The notes beneath the pieces are model-generated. The model saw nothing but the letters and a program-made list of their open reading frames with translations. It had not been told where the DNA came from and did not search any database. A program made the position numbers and the translations under genes. Of a DNA stretch of 64,000 nucleotides, positions 27,972 to 37,425 are shown piece by piece; position 1 is the stretch's first letter; every line of letters begins with the position of its first letter. The stretch covers positions 32,001 to 96,000 of the forward strand of contig JBEKBM010000002.1 of NCBI GenBank assembly GCA_050015395.1. The letters run 5' to 3'. The DNA comes from Candidatus Bathyarchaeia archaeon. GTDB lineage: Archaea; Thermoproteota; Bathyarchaeia; Bathyarchaeales; Bathycorpusculaceae.

Positions 27972-29153
27972 TTAGGTTTCTTCTTGTGGTAACCCGATCT
28001 TTCGCAAGTAGTCTCTTGCATACCTTGGATTGTAGGCTAACAGCTCTTTGCTTCGCAACAGTCTCCGCTCAAGACGGTCTAACGCCACTCTAAAAGTTGG
28101 TTCAACACCCCAACCCTCGCTTGCACTAAAGAAAGTTCCCCTCACCGTCCTAAACTGCAAACGACAATGAATCAGCGGCGTTCCCCTTAGGCTTGTGTTG
28201 CCATGACTCTTCATGTAGACAAAAAGTGTTCCTAACTGGAAAGCGTCCTGGTACTTATGCGCGAAGGAATCGAATTCTTCCATCATGAATCCCTGCTGAT
28301 CAGGACTTACATCTACGTCTTTAACGCCGAACTGCACCGATAATTTCTTCTCAACAACTTCTAACTGGGAAATTGGCTCAAGAAAGTCACGCTTTGTTAC
28401 AATGCCAACCAGTCGTTCGTTTGAAGTAACTGGTAAACAGGAAATGTCATGATCATGCATTATTTTCTCTGTGTCACGCAAGCTCGTTTGAGGTTCAACC
28501 GTGATAACCGGCCTATTCATTATGCCTTTAGCTGGCACGCTTAGGGTTTCAATTTTTTCTCCAACTATATCTCCAGTTGTCTGGCGCCTCTGCGGCCAAT
28601 AAATATTCTCCAAAACATCTTGAATGCTAATCATGCCTACAAGTTTGCCGCTGTCCATGACTGGAACATGCGAAATACCATACTCCCTCATTAAACTAAG
28701 AACCGCCCCCACAGAACGATTTGCCTCAATAGTGTGAGGCGCACGCGTCATGATTTTCTCTATTGCATTGTTACCCCACTCTTGAAGAACAGCCGCATGA
28801 ATAATATTCTCATCAGTAACAAACCCCAACAGCTTATTCTTCTCAAAAACCGGAAGCTGCCTCATCTCACTCTCAATCATCAACTTAGCCATTTTACTAA
28901 GAGAAAAATCAACAGTAACTGGGGGCGCAACCTTCATCAACGTTCTGACCTTGGTCGCAGTAGAATCAAGTCTTGACCTTAAAATCGAACGCCGAGTAAT
29001 CATGCCTTCATACTTGCCCTTATCATTTAAAACAGCTAAAACCGGAGGCATACCTGTTTCAAATGCTTCTAAACACCGAGACAGTGTATCACTTTCTTGA
29101 ACAGAGTTAAACCCACTTGAATAGACATCTTTAGCAAAAATTAAGCTCGCCAT
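27972..29153 (-). CDS. Four-CBS-domain protein with C-terminal HPF/RaiA-like domain (archaeal ribosome hibernation factor candidate)
   Basis: Four CBS repeats (PVLAV, QLPV, HVPV, CLPV) followed by a beta-alpha-beta-beta-beta-alpha domain ending ALDRLERRL. Confidence 0.8.
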   Translation of the reverse strand: MASLIFAKDVYSSGFNSVQESDTLSRCLEAFETGMPPVLAVLNDKGKYEGMITRRSILRSRLDSTATKVRTLMKVAPPVTVDFSLSKMAKLMIESEMRQLPVFEKNKLLGFVTDENIIHAAVLQEWGNNAIEKIMTRAPHTIEANRSVGAVLSLMREYGISHVPVMDSGKLVGMISIQDVLENIYWPQRRQTTGDIVGEKIETLSVPAKGIMNRPVITVEPQTSLRDTEKIMHDHDISCLPVTSNERLVGIVTKRDFLEPISQLEVVEKKLSVQFGVKDVDVSPDQQGFMMEEFDSFAHKYQDAFQLGTLFVYMKSHGNTSLRGTPLIHCRLQFRTVRGTFFSASEGWGVEPTFRVALDRLERRLLRSKELLAYNPRYARDYLRKIGLPQEET

Positions 29154-29302
29154 AATAATCCCTTCTCACACAATAGTAAAAGTATAATTTAAACATTGCA
29201 AAATAGCCAAGATGCCAAGGAAGCCAGAGGTAATCCTTATTAGAGCAAAAATATTTACATAATTTCTGTAAAGAACCCAGCGTCTCCTAACCGCTCGCAC
29301 CT

Positions 29303-29820
29303 TCGCAATAGACACCGATAAATAAAATTCTTCTATTAAAAAACAGGATATGTTCTATAGCAAACAATAACAAAACCAAACATAAAATCAAAAAAAATAC
29401 AGAAAAAAACCTTAAGTTTTAGATAAAAATAGAACAATTCATCCTTACACTTTAAATAAGCCAACTCAGACATAAACTAGTTGAGGAATAAGTCCTCACG
29501 CTAGTTTTATCAAGCCAAAAACCCTTTTTCTCATCCGCTTCTATCATGGAGGGATTTTCGTAGTAATGTCTCTGAACCAAAAAGAATTTGTTGAAGAATT
29601 AAAAATTGAATGGAAAAAGCTCTGGCGCGAAAGAATAGACGATAAAGTTAGAGCTGAAGGCATAGCAGTCAATGACTACAATCAATTGTTCATCGACAAG
29701 GGCACAATAATCCATGCGACAAGAGACTTCAAAGCCTTAAACTTTAAAGAAATCCTAGAAGAACACGAAATCTTGAACGCAGAAAGATATATCCCTCCTG
29801 ACCCACATGTTGGTGGATGG
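29303..29820 (+). repeat. Dispersed ~500-bp duplication, copy A (promoter + leader + 5' part of the 29566 gene)
   Basis: Colinear similarity with 35796-36298. Confidence 0.9.
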
Positions 29821-29949
29821 TCAAAATTTGTTAAAATTAATATTACCAGCCAGAAATTGAAAAGAGAAAGGTTAGATCAACTGCCTTCTGAGGAAAAGAA
29901 GGAAAAGCAGCAATTAAAGAAAAATGGTAGAGGCTGGCTACACATCTAG
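29566..29949 (+). CDS. Conserved hypothetical protein heading the glycosylation island
   Basis: SD GGAGGG; a degenerate paralog at 36047 supports coding status. Confidence 0.8.
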   Translation: MSLNQKEFVEELKIEWKKLWRERIDDKVRAEGIAVNDYNQLFIDKGTIIHATRDFKALNFKEILEEHEILNAERYIPPDPHVGGWSKFVKINITSQKLKRERLDQLPSEEKKEKQQLKKNGRGWLHI

Positions 29950-29967
29950 AGTTTTAGAAATTTTTAT

Positions 29968-30330
29968 TTGAGATTTTTAGGGGAAATCAGCTTGGGTAAT
30001 TATAGAGATAGAATAGATATAATAGCTGACATCCTTAATGTTGCAAGTCGAGACGCTAAAAAAACTCAGATAATGTACCAAGCTAATTTAAGCTACAAAG
30101 TCTTGCAGCGCTATCTAACCGAAATTATTGAGGCATCGCTTGTAACATTCGAAAACCATAACCAACGCTACAAATTAACCTATAAAGGGCAAGAGTATCT
30201 AGATGCTTACAAAGAATACGCTCGATGTAGCAAAAACATGGAAAAACACCTTTATGATTTTTCCATAAAAAAGAAAGTTTTAGAAGACTTGTGCCCAGTC
30301 AAACAATTCCTATCCCAATCAGCACACTAA
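29968..30330 (+). CDS. Winged-helix regulator (HTH_45-type)
   Basis: YRDRIDIIADIL..KKTQIMYQANLSY..YKLTYKG. Confidence 0.88.
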   Translation: MRFLGEISLGNYRDRIDIIADILNVASRDAKKTQIMYQANLSYKVLQRYLTEIIEASLVTFENHNQRYKLTYKGQEYLDAYKEYARCSKNMEKHLYDFSIKKKVLEDLCPVKQFLSQSAH

Positions 30331-30348
30331 GCAATAGATGTCTAATTT

Positions 30349-30828
30349 TTGGCGGTGCCAAACTTGATTAAAGGTTTAAAGACTTTCCTCATAACCGCTA
30401 CGATTCTCTTTATAACTACTGCATTGTTTGCTTCTCCAGTTTTCGCCGATCAAAATAGCGCTCAAACAGCGATAATGTCAGCACAAAACAACCTCAAAAG
30501 CTGTTATGACGCAGCTAAAGAAGCGCAAGCTGCAGGAGCAAACGTAGATTCTTTAATGACTACTCTTAACGACGCGGCTGGATCGCTATCCGAAGCAGAA
30601 TTAGCTTACGCAAGTAACGATTATAATTCAGCCTATAGTTATGCGATCCAAAGCCAAAGCAAGCTTAACGGCTTTATTTTCCAAGCTACAGCCCTACAGC
30701 AAAATGCCGACAATAATGATAATCAAAATTTCAGGGTTACTATTTCGTCGATAATAGGTTCTGTAGCTATCTTATGCGTAGGCATAGCTGTTTGGGTTAA
30801 TTTGAATCGAAAAGGCAGGAAGACTTGA
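30349..30828 (+). CDS. Secreted helical protein with C-terminal TM anchor
   Basis: Signal-like N-terminus, Ala-rich helices, TM plus basic tail. Confidence 0.75.
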   Translation: MAVPNLIKGLKTFLITATILFITTALFASPVFADQNSAQTAIMSAQNNLKSCYDAAKEAQAAGANVDSLMTTLNDAAGSLSEAELAYASNDYNSAYSYAIQSQSKLNGFIFQATALQQNADNNDNQNFRVTISSIIGSVAILCVGIAVWVNLNRKGRKT

Positions 30829-31431
30829 ATGGCTCTCCAACAGTATAAAACACTTTTACTAGTTGTCACTGTTGTTTTAGCATTATTTGTTGCTTCACCC
30901 GCTATCCAGCAGCTTGTGGCAGTTCCGCAAACGACTTATTTCACCGAATTATCGATTTTCGGTGCTTACCACAATGCTACTTATCCCTATAACATTACAG
31001 TTGGGCAAAGTTACCCACTGTACATTAACGTTGACAACCATTTAGGATCCTGCGCTTATTACCTTATCGAAGTCAAATTCCGTAACCAAACACAATCGGC
31101 ACCAGACAGCTTCAATTATACCAGCAGTGATATGCCATCTTTGGGTAATATCTCATTTTGCGTGGCCAATAACCAGGCATTAGAATTGCCAATCGACATT
31201 TCCTTTCAGTACAAGCTTGACCTGAATAACACCGATCAACTTGACATGCAAAACATCATCGTTAACGGTTTCTCATTAAGCGTCAGCCCAACAACAACCA
31301 TAGCCTGGGACTCCCAAAGAATCGGATATTACGGAAACTTATTCTTTGAATTATGGATTTTCAACGACACAGCTAACGCTTTCCAGTATAATCAACGTTA
31401 TGTAAGCCTATGGCTAAACATGACCACATAA
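30829..31431 (+). CDS. DUF1616-like membrane-anchored protein
   Basis: N-terminal TM, FTELSIFG..YP.N..V.NHLG..Y, terminal LWLNMT. Confidence 0.75.
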   Translation: MALQQYKTLLLVVTVVLALFVASPAIQQLVAVPQTTYFTELSIFGAYHNATYPYNITVGQSYPLYINVDNHLGSCAYYLIEVKFRNQTQSAPDSFNYTSSDMPSLGNISFCVANNQALELPIDISFQYKLDLNNTDQLDMQNIIVNGFSLSVSPTTTIAWDSQRIGYYGNLFFELWIFNDTANAFQYNQRYVSLWLNMTT

Positions 31432-31478
31432 ATTGACAGTCACCATTTTTCTAAAAAGAAATCTGAGAAGGTTTAATT

Positions 31479-32111
31479 TTGGTTTTGAAATCTGACGTGA
31501 TTCTAGCAGTAGGAGCACACCCCGACGACATAGAACTAGGCTGCGGAGGAACCATTAAAGCCGCTTCTAAACTTGGAAGAAAAGTGATAGCTGTCTTTAT
31601 GTCTAAAGGAGAACAAAGCGGAAACCCAGAAGTAAGACCTAAGGAAAGTATTGAAGCATTATCCTTGCTTGGCGTGAAAGAAGTATATTTCGGAGATTTC
31701 CCAGACACAGAGATTCCCTGTTCGAAACAAGCAATCGATTTCCTGGAAGCCTTTTTCGTCGCAAACAAGCCCGAGACAATATTGACCCATACAGTCAACG
31801 ATACACATCAAGATCACCGCCAAGTCGGTTGGGTATCTATGTCTGCTTTTAGAAATGCCCAAAAAATATTAGCCTATGAAACTCCAAGAGTTACCCCGGC
31901 CTTTTCCCCCACATACTTTGTAGACATAACCAACTGCGTAAACGATAAATGGACAGCGTTAAAATGCCATCTTTCACAGAAAACAAAAAGATACATAACA
32001 TACGAGTCAATGGTTAACTTGGCATCTTTCAGGGGAAGCCAAGTTAGTCTTCCAGCCGCTGAAGCTTTTGAAGTGGTCAGATATGTGGAAAAAACAACAG
32101 TGTTCCCATAG
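31479..32111 (+). CDS. PIG-L/LmbE family N-deacetylase
   Basis: AHPDDIELGCGGT, DTHQDH, AEAF. Confidence 0.92.
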   Translation: MVLKSDVILAVGAHPDDIELGCGGTIKAASKLGRKVIAVFMSKGEQSGNPEVRPKESIEALSLLGVKEVYFGDFPDTEIPCSKQAIDFLEAFFVANKPETILTHTVNDTHQDHRQVGWVSMSAFRNAQKILAYETPRVTPAFSPTYFVDITNCVNDKWTALKCHLSQKTKRYITYESMVNLASFRGSQVSLPAAEAFEVVRYVEKTTVFP

Positions 32112-32125
32112 GTTGTTTTAATCAA

Positions 32126-32797
32126 ATGATCGTTGCTGGGCATCAGCCAAACTATTTGCCTTGGCTTGGCTTTTTCGATAAAATACGGCGTTCAGACCTT
32201 TTTATAATCGAAGATAACGTGCAATTTGAGCGTCAAGGATTTACCAGCAGAAATAAAGTTATGACGGCTGATGGCGTAAGATGGCTCAGTGTACCTGTAG
32301 AGCATGTTAACAAGCCATTGTTAATCAATGAGATTAAAATAGCCAATAAAGCAGAACCACAGTGGGAGAGTCGTCATTGGTTAACGCTCAAGTATAGTTA
32401 TTGTAAAGCTCCTTATTGGCATGATTACTGCGATTTTTTTGAAGATACATATCAACGCGAATGGACCCTGCTTATTGACCTAAACATGCATCTTATAAAA
32501 GAAATAATGCATTTTCTAGATATAGAAAAACCATTGATAATGTCTTCTTCCCTCGGCGCTGAAGGAAAAAAAAGCGAGTTAATTATTGCCCAATGCAAAG
32601 CAGTCGGAGCCAACGCGCTACTGGCTGGAAAAGGCGGAAAGGAATACATCGATAGAAAACGGTTTGAGGAAGAAGGAATAAAAATAATTTTTCAAGAATT
32701 TGAATATCCTACTTATACTCAAACATGCGCAAGATTTGTTCCTAACCTCTCGGTTTTAGATTATCTTTTTTGTACAGGCGGAAAATGCCAAAAATAG
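32126..32797 (+). CDS. WbqC-family protein
   Basis: HQPNYLPWLGFFDK, RN.V, WLSVP, NLSVLDYLF. Confidence 0.9.
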   Translation: MIVAGHQPNYLPWLGFFDKIRRSDLFIIEDNVQFERQGFTSRNKVMTADGVRWLSVPVEHVNKPLLINEIKIANKAEPQWESRHWLTLKYSYCKAPYWHDYCDFFEDTYQREWTLLIDLNMHLIKEIMHFLDIEKPLIMSSSLGAEGKKSELIIAQCKAVGANALLAGKGGKEYIDRKRFEEEGIKIIFQEFEYPTYTQTCARFVPNLSVLDYLFCTGGKCQK

Positions 32798-32824
32798 TTT
32801 AGAAATAAAGGAGGAAACAATTGA

Positions 32825-33955
32825 ATGAATATTTCTGGTTCGTCTCCTTACTTTCCAGAAGAGAGCTTGAACAGTATTCTTGACGAGATTAAATTGGTGC
32901 TGAAAAGCGGCAGATTGACAGATGGACCGTACGCTCAAGAATTTGAAAGAAAATTTGCTGAATACAACAGGATAAAATATGCTGTTTCGGTTAATTCTGG
33001 CACTGCAGCTTTGGATGTTGCGCTTAGATATTTTAAGCTTGCAGGCCGAGAAGTCATTGTTCCAACAAACACTTTTGTTTCAACCCCTCACTCGGTTTTA
33101 TTTGCGGGAGGCAAACCAGTTTTTGCTGACATGAAAGCAGACACTCTGTGCATTGATCCTGATGATGTTCGAAAAAAACTGTCGCCAAACACTGCAGGCA
33201 TAATTGTAGTGCACATAGCTGGCCTTGTATGCCCACAAATTAACGAGATCAAAGAGCTCTGTAACGAAAATGGTCTTTTCCTTTTGGAAGATGCTGCACA
33301 CGCGCATGGAGCAATGATTGATGGAAAAATGGCTGGCACTCTTGGGGATGCAGGATGCTTCTCTTTCTATCCGACTAAGGTTATGACTACTTGTGAAGGC
33401 GGAATGATAATTACAAACAACTCCCAGTTAGCTGAACAAGCTCGCTGCTTGAGAACGGTAGGTCAAGATGCTGAGAGAAAGGCGGTAATGTTAGGGCATA
33501 ATTGGCGTTTAAATGAAATGGCAGCTGTGGTTGGAAAACATCAACTTGAACATCTTGAAGACTTTGTTATTAAACGAAATGAGGTAGCAAAGTGGTATGA
33601 AGAAGCCTTAAGCAATGTTGAAGGTATTTCACTTTTTAAAGTACCATCAAACTTTAGGCATAGCTATTACAAATATCCAGTCAAACTTGCCGATGGAATT
33701 AAGAGGGAAAAACTAGGCTCCTTGCTTAAGGAGAAGTACGGCGTTGAAACTGGGCATGTTTATTATCCCCCCTGTCACCTTCAACCTTTCTATATGGAAA
33801 ATTTTGGAACGAAAATAGGTGATTTGCCGGTTGCTGAGAGGGTTCTGAATAAAGTGCTATGCTTGCCAATGCACTGCGGCTTAACTAAAGAAAACGTCGA
33901 TTACATTCACGATGCCCTTGTTTCATCAATAAACGAGTTATCGAATGCATTTTAA
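32825..33955 (+). CDS. DegT/DnrJ/EryC1/StrS sugar aminotransferase
   Basis: SGTAAL, EDAAHAHG, FSFYPTKVMTTCEGG, LCLPMH. Confidence 0.93.
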   Translation: MNISGSSPYFPEESLNSILDEIKLVLKSGRLTDGPYAQEFERKFAEYNRIKYAVSVNSGTAALDVALRYFKLAGREVIVPTNTFVSTPHSVLFAGGKPVFADMKADTLCIDPDDVRKKLSPNTAGIIVVHIAGLVCPQINEIKELCNENGLFLLEDAAHAHGAMIDGKMAGTLGDAGCFSFYPTKVMTTCEGGMIITNNSQLAEQARCLRTVGQDAERKAVMLGHNWRLNEMAAVVGKHQLEHLEDFVIKRNEVAKWYEEALSNVEGISLFKVPSNFRHSYYKYPVKLADGIKREKLGSLLKEKYGVETGHVYYPPCHLQPFYMENFGTKIGDLPVAERVLNKVLCLPMHCGLTKENVDYIHDALVSSINELSNAF

Positions 33956-34613
33956 ATCTCAAAGCAAGTGCATATTAATGAATAGCAACGAAAAAAAAGT
34001 TGGCTCTCAAAAATATGATGTAACGCTTCAGCGTTTTCCTATCCGTAAATCGGAACTTGACCGGTTCAAATTCGGAAAAAGAAAGTATAATGAGATTGCT
34101 CGTTTGAAAAAGAATGGTTCTCCTTACTGCCTTGACATAGCTTGCGGAGCGAAACCGTTCCCTGAAGCCGATGTTCTATGTGACTTGCATGTTGAACCTG
34201 TTCCAGATAGAAGCATGAAGAAGTTGGTAACTGAAGGCAAACCGTTTATCTTATGCAGCTGTTATTTTCTGCCGTTTAGGGATAAAGCGTTTGATTTTGT
34301 GACTAGCTACTACCTTATTGAACATTTAACCGATCCTTGGAGCCTGTTTAGGGAATTAAGGCGTGTTTCCAAGCATGGTTATGTGCAATGCCCATCTTGG
34401 TTTAATGAACTGTTGTATGGCGAAGAAGTTCATTCTTGGACGGTGCTTAAGCGTGGTGACAATCTTTATGTTAAACCTATCAGTAAAGGGGCGATGCCCC
34501 CATTTCGCTTTGGATTCGTCTTCCATAGATTATATAAGCATAAAACTTGGCAAATCTTGCATGCAATCCTTGATGAAAAATTGAATCTTTTCACAGTAAG
34601 ATATGAGTTTTAA
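33945..34613 (+). CDS. Class I SAM-dependent methyltransferase-like protein
   Basis: LDIACG, LPFRDKAFD, IEHL.DP. Confidence 0.75.
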   Translation: MHFKSQSKCILMNSNEKKVGSQKYDVTLQRFPIRKSELDRFKFGKRKYNEIARLKKNGSPYCLDIACGAKPFPEADVLCDLHVEPVPDRSMKKLVTEGKPFILCSCYFLPFRDKAFDFVTSYYLIEHLTDPWSLFRELRRVSKHGYVQCPSWFNELLYGEEVHSWTVLKRGDNLYVKPISKGAMPPFRFGFVFHRLYKHKTWQILHAILDEKLNLFTVRYEF

Positions 34614-34615
34614 AG

Positions 34616-35746
34616 GTGATACCAATGAAAATTATTCGTTCTTCAAAACCGATCTTTCCAAAAGAAGACCTCGATCAGCTCATGCCTGAAATTCGCAAAG
34701 TTTTGGAAGAAGGTCAATTTAGAAACGGCAAAAACGTAAGCATATTTGAACAAATCGTTGCCAAATACGTTGGAGTTAAGAACGCTGTAGCATTTGATTC
34801 TGATTCAAGTGCTTACGAAACTATCCTACGCTACTTCGATGTTAATGGCGGGGAAGTTGTGGTCTGCACTAACAGTTTCATTTCAGTGCCAAACAGCGTT
34901 GTGTTCGCTGGTGGAAAAGTGGTTTTTGCAGATATCCGAGAAGAAACACTTTCCATGAATCCTGAAAGCTTACTGGAAAATATTTCAGCGAAAACACGCG
35001 GGGTTATTTTAACTCATATTGCTGGTTTTCCAAACCCTGACTTGAAAAAAATAATCGAAATTTGCAGGGAACATGGGCTTTTTTTGGTTGAAGATGCCAC
35101 GCACGCTATAGGTGCCACTGTTGATGGCCAGCAGGCTGGAACTTTCGGTGATGCAGCAGTGTTTGCTTTTACTCCAACGAAAGTTTTAACCACTGGTGAA
35201 GGCGGCATGTTAGTTACAAATAACGCTGCGCTTAGTGAGTTCGCTAAGCGGTACAGTTTCTATGGTTCAGGAGTGGGCAAAACCAACTTTGTGGATTTAG
35301 GGAGACATATGGTGTTGCCTGAAATTTCTGCTATTTTGGGCATTTATCAGGTGAAGCGGATTGAAGAGTTCATTGCTCGGCGGAATAAAATTGCGGCAGT
35401 CTACAATGAGGCGTTAGATAAAATCGGTACAATGCGCACGGTTAAGTGTCCGTCTGGTTGGAGAAGTAGCTATTACAAGTATCCGCTGATTTTGCATGAA
35501 AAGCTTAACAAAGAAGAGTTTACTAGGTTGCTGCTTCAGGACTTTGGCATTGAAACTGGTAATGTTTTCTATCCTCCTTGCCATCTTCAAACTGTTTATA
35601 AAAAACTTGGTGTTGCTTCTTATGGAAGCTTGTTAACGGCTGAGGAGGTTCTTTCTAGAACGATTACTTTGCCGATGCATGTTGGGTTGACAGATGAAGA
35701 TGTTGATTATGTCCTTGAAAAGGTTGCTTCTCTTGCTCAAAATTGA
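34616..35746 (+). CDS. DegT-family sugar aminotransferase (second paralog)
   Basis: EDATHAIG, FTPTKVLTTGEGG, ITLPMH. Confidence 0.9.
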   Translation: MIPMKIIRSSKPIFPKEDLDQLMPEIRKVLEEGQFRNGKNVSIFEQIVAKYVGVKNAVAFDSDSSAYETILRYFDVNGGEVVVCTNSFISVPNSVVFAGGKVVFADIREETLSMNPESLLENISAKTRGVILTHIAGFPNPDLKKIIEICREHGLFLVEDATHAIGATVDGQQAGTFGDAAVFAFTPTKVLTTGEGGMLVTNNAALSEFAKRYSFYGSGVGKTNFVDLGRHMVLPEISAILGIYQVKRIEEFIARRNKIAAVYNEALDKIGTMRTVKCPSGWRSSYYKYPLILHEKLNKEEFTRLLLQDFGIETGNVFYPPCHLQTVYKKLGVASYGSLLTAEEVLSRTITLPMHVGLTDEDVDYVLEKVASLAQN

Positions 35747-35795
35747 GCTCTGAAAGAAGCTTTCTATGTAGCCGCGTTCCTGTCCGACCATACCC

Positions 35796-36298
35796 TCGCA
35801 ATAGACACCAATAAGTAAAATTCTTCTAATAAAAAAGATGTTGTGTTCTATTGCAAATAATAAACAAATCAAAAATACAGAATAAAAGAGTTACTTTTAG
35901 ATAAAAATAGAACAAATTATCCTTACAACTTAAATAAGCCAATTAAGACAGTAATTAGTTGAGGAACCGTTCCTCACCGTGTTTTAAGAGATTTTTAATG
36001 CTAAAAATTTTCTTATCTGCTTCTGCCAAGGAGGGATTTCGTAGGTATGCTACTAAACCAGAAAGAATTGGTTGCAGAATTAAGAATTGAATGGGAAAAG
36101 CTCTGGAGAGAAAGAAGAGATGATAAAGTTAGAGCTGAAGGCATAGCCGTTAACAACTACAATCAATTGTTTATTGATCAGGGCACAATAATTCATGCCA
36201 CGCGGATTTTAAATCATTAAATTTTAAGAGATCCTAGAGCAGCATGCGGTCTTGAATGCTGAAAGATACATTCCTCCTGATCCTCATGTTGGCGGATG
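35796..36298 (+). pseudogene. Duplication copy B: promoter/leader plus frameshifted, truncated paralog of the 29566 gene (ATG at 36047)
   Basis: MLLNQKELVAELRIEWEKLWRERRDDKVRAEG.. then indels near 36205-36230 and TGA replacing TGG at ~36297. Confidence 0.88.
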
Positions 36299-36431
36299 AG
36301 TTTAGGAACCGCCTCAAACACTGTGACGCCCTGACAGACATTATGCGTGGTTGGCTAACTTTCGAACAGCAGGAGCAATGACTATCTGAAAAACCTGCCA
36401 AAAACAACAAAGACTAAGGTTTAAGGACATT

Positions 36432-37424
36432 TTGGAGAATGGTAGTATGAAGAAACTTAGAGTTGCAGTTATAGGCCTAGGCAAGATGGGTTTTGTTCAT
36501 TCGAGCATTCTTAGTACAATTCCAGAGATCGAAATCGCTGCTTTATGTGATAAGAGTTATATGGTTCGCAGAATTGCCAAAAAGTTGTTTAAATCCTCCG
36601 TTGTGGTAAATGAAGTTGAAAAAATTGGTGATTTAGCCGTAGACTGCGCTTTTGTTACAGCACCAATTCCTGCTCATTTTCCGATAGTGAATGTCTTGTA
36701 TTCAAAATGCATAACCTGCAATGTGTTTGTAGAAAAAACTCTGTCTTCAAGCTGGAATAAGGCTGATCAACTATGCGCTTTGTCAGAGAAAGCTCCAGGC
36801 GTTAACATGGTAGGGTATATGAAGAGGTTCAGCGTGATTTTTTCCAAAGCTAGAAGTCTATTAGCTGAAAACGTTTTAGGCGAGTTGATTGATTTTAATG
36901 GGTTTGCTTACTCCTCAGACTTTGCAGGTTGTAGACAAACTTCAAAAACCTTTTCAAGGGGCGGCGTGCTAAGTGATTTAGGTTCTCATATCATAGACTT
37001 AGCCTTATGGTTTTTTGGTGACTTTGAAGTTGAAAAAGCTACGTTAAAGTCAGTTGTTGACGAAAATTCTGAAGACAGTGCCAAATTTAACGTAAAAAAA
37101 TCAGGCTTAACAGGGGAGTTTGACATTTCATGGTGCAAGGACAATTATCGTTTGCCAAACTTTGGGTTGACCATTCGGGGAAGTAATGGGACTCTGACGG
37201 TTAATGATTACAATTTAATCTTGGAGCCTTTTGGCGGAAAACGATCTACTTGGTACAGACATGATCTTAATGATAATGTGAATTTTCTACTCGGAGAACC
37301 CGAATACTATCGTGAGGACGAAGTTTTCATAAGGTCAATATTGAATGGAGACAAGGTAGAACCCAGCTTCAGGACCTCTTCCAAGGTTGACTACATTATT
37401 GATCAGGTAAAGAAAGTGGCTTGA
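36432..37424 (+). CDS. Gfo/Idh/MocA oxidoreductase
   Basis: VIGLGKMG, VFVEK, VGYMKRF, GGVLSDLGSH. Confidence 0.9.
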   Translation: MENGSMKKLRVAVIGLGKMGFVHSSILSTIPEIEIAALCDKSYMVRRIAKKLFKSSVVVNEVEKIGDLAVDCAFVTAPIPAHFPIVNVLYSKCITCNVFVEKTLSSSWNKADQLCALSEKAPGVNMVGYMKRFSVIFSKARSLLAENVLGELIDFNGFAYSSDFAGCRQTSKTFSRGGVLSDLGSHIIDLALWFFGDFEVEKATLKSVVDENSEDSAKFNVKKSGLTGEFDISWCKDNYRLPNFGLTIRGSNGTLTVNDYNLILEPFGGKRSTWYRHDLNDNVNFLLGEPEYYREDEVFIRSILNGDKVEPSFRTSSKVDYIIDQVKKVA

Positions 37425-37425
37425 A

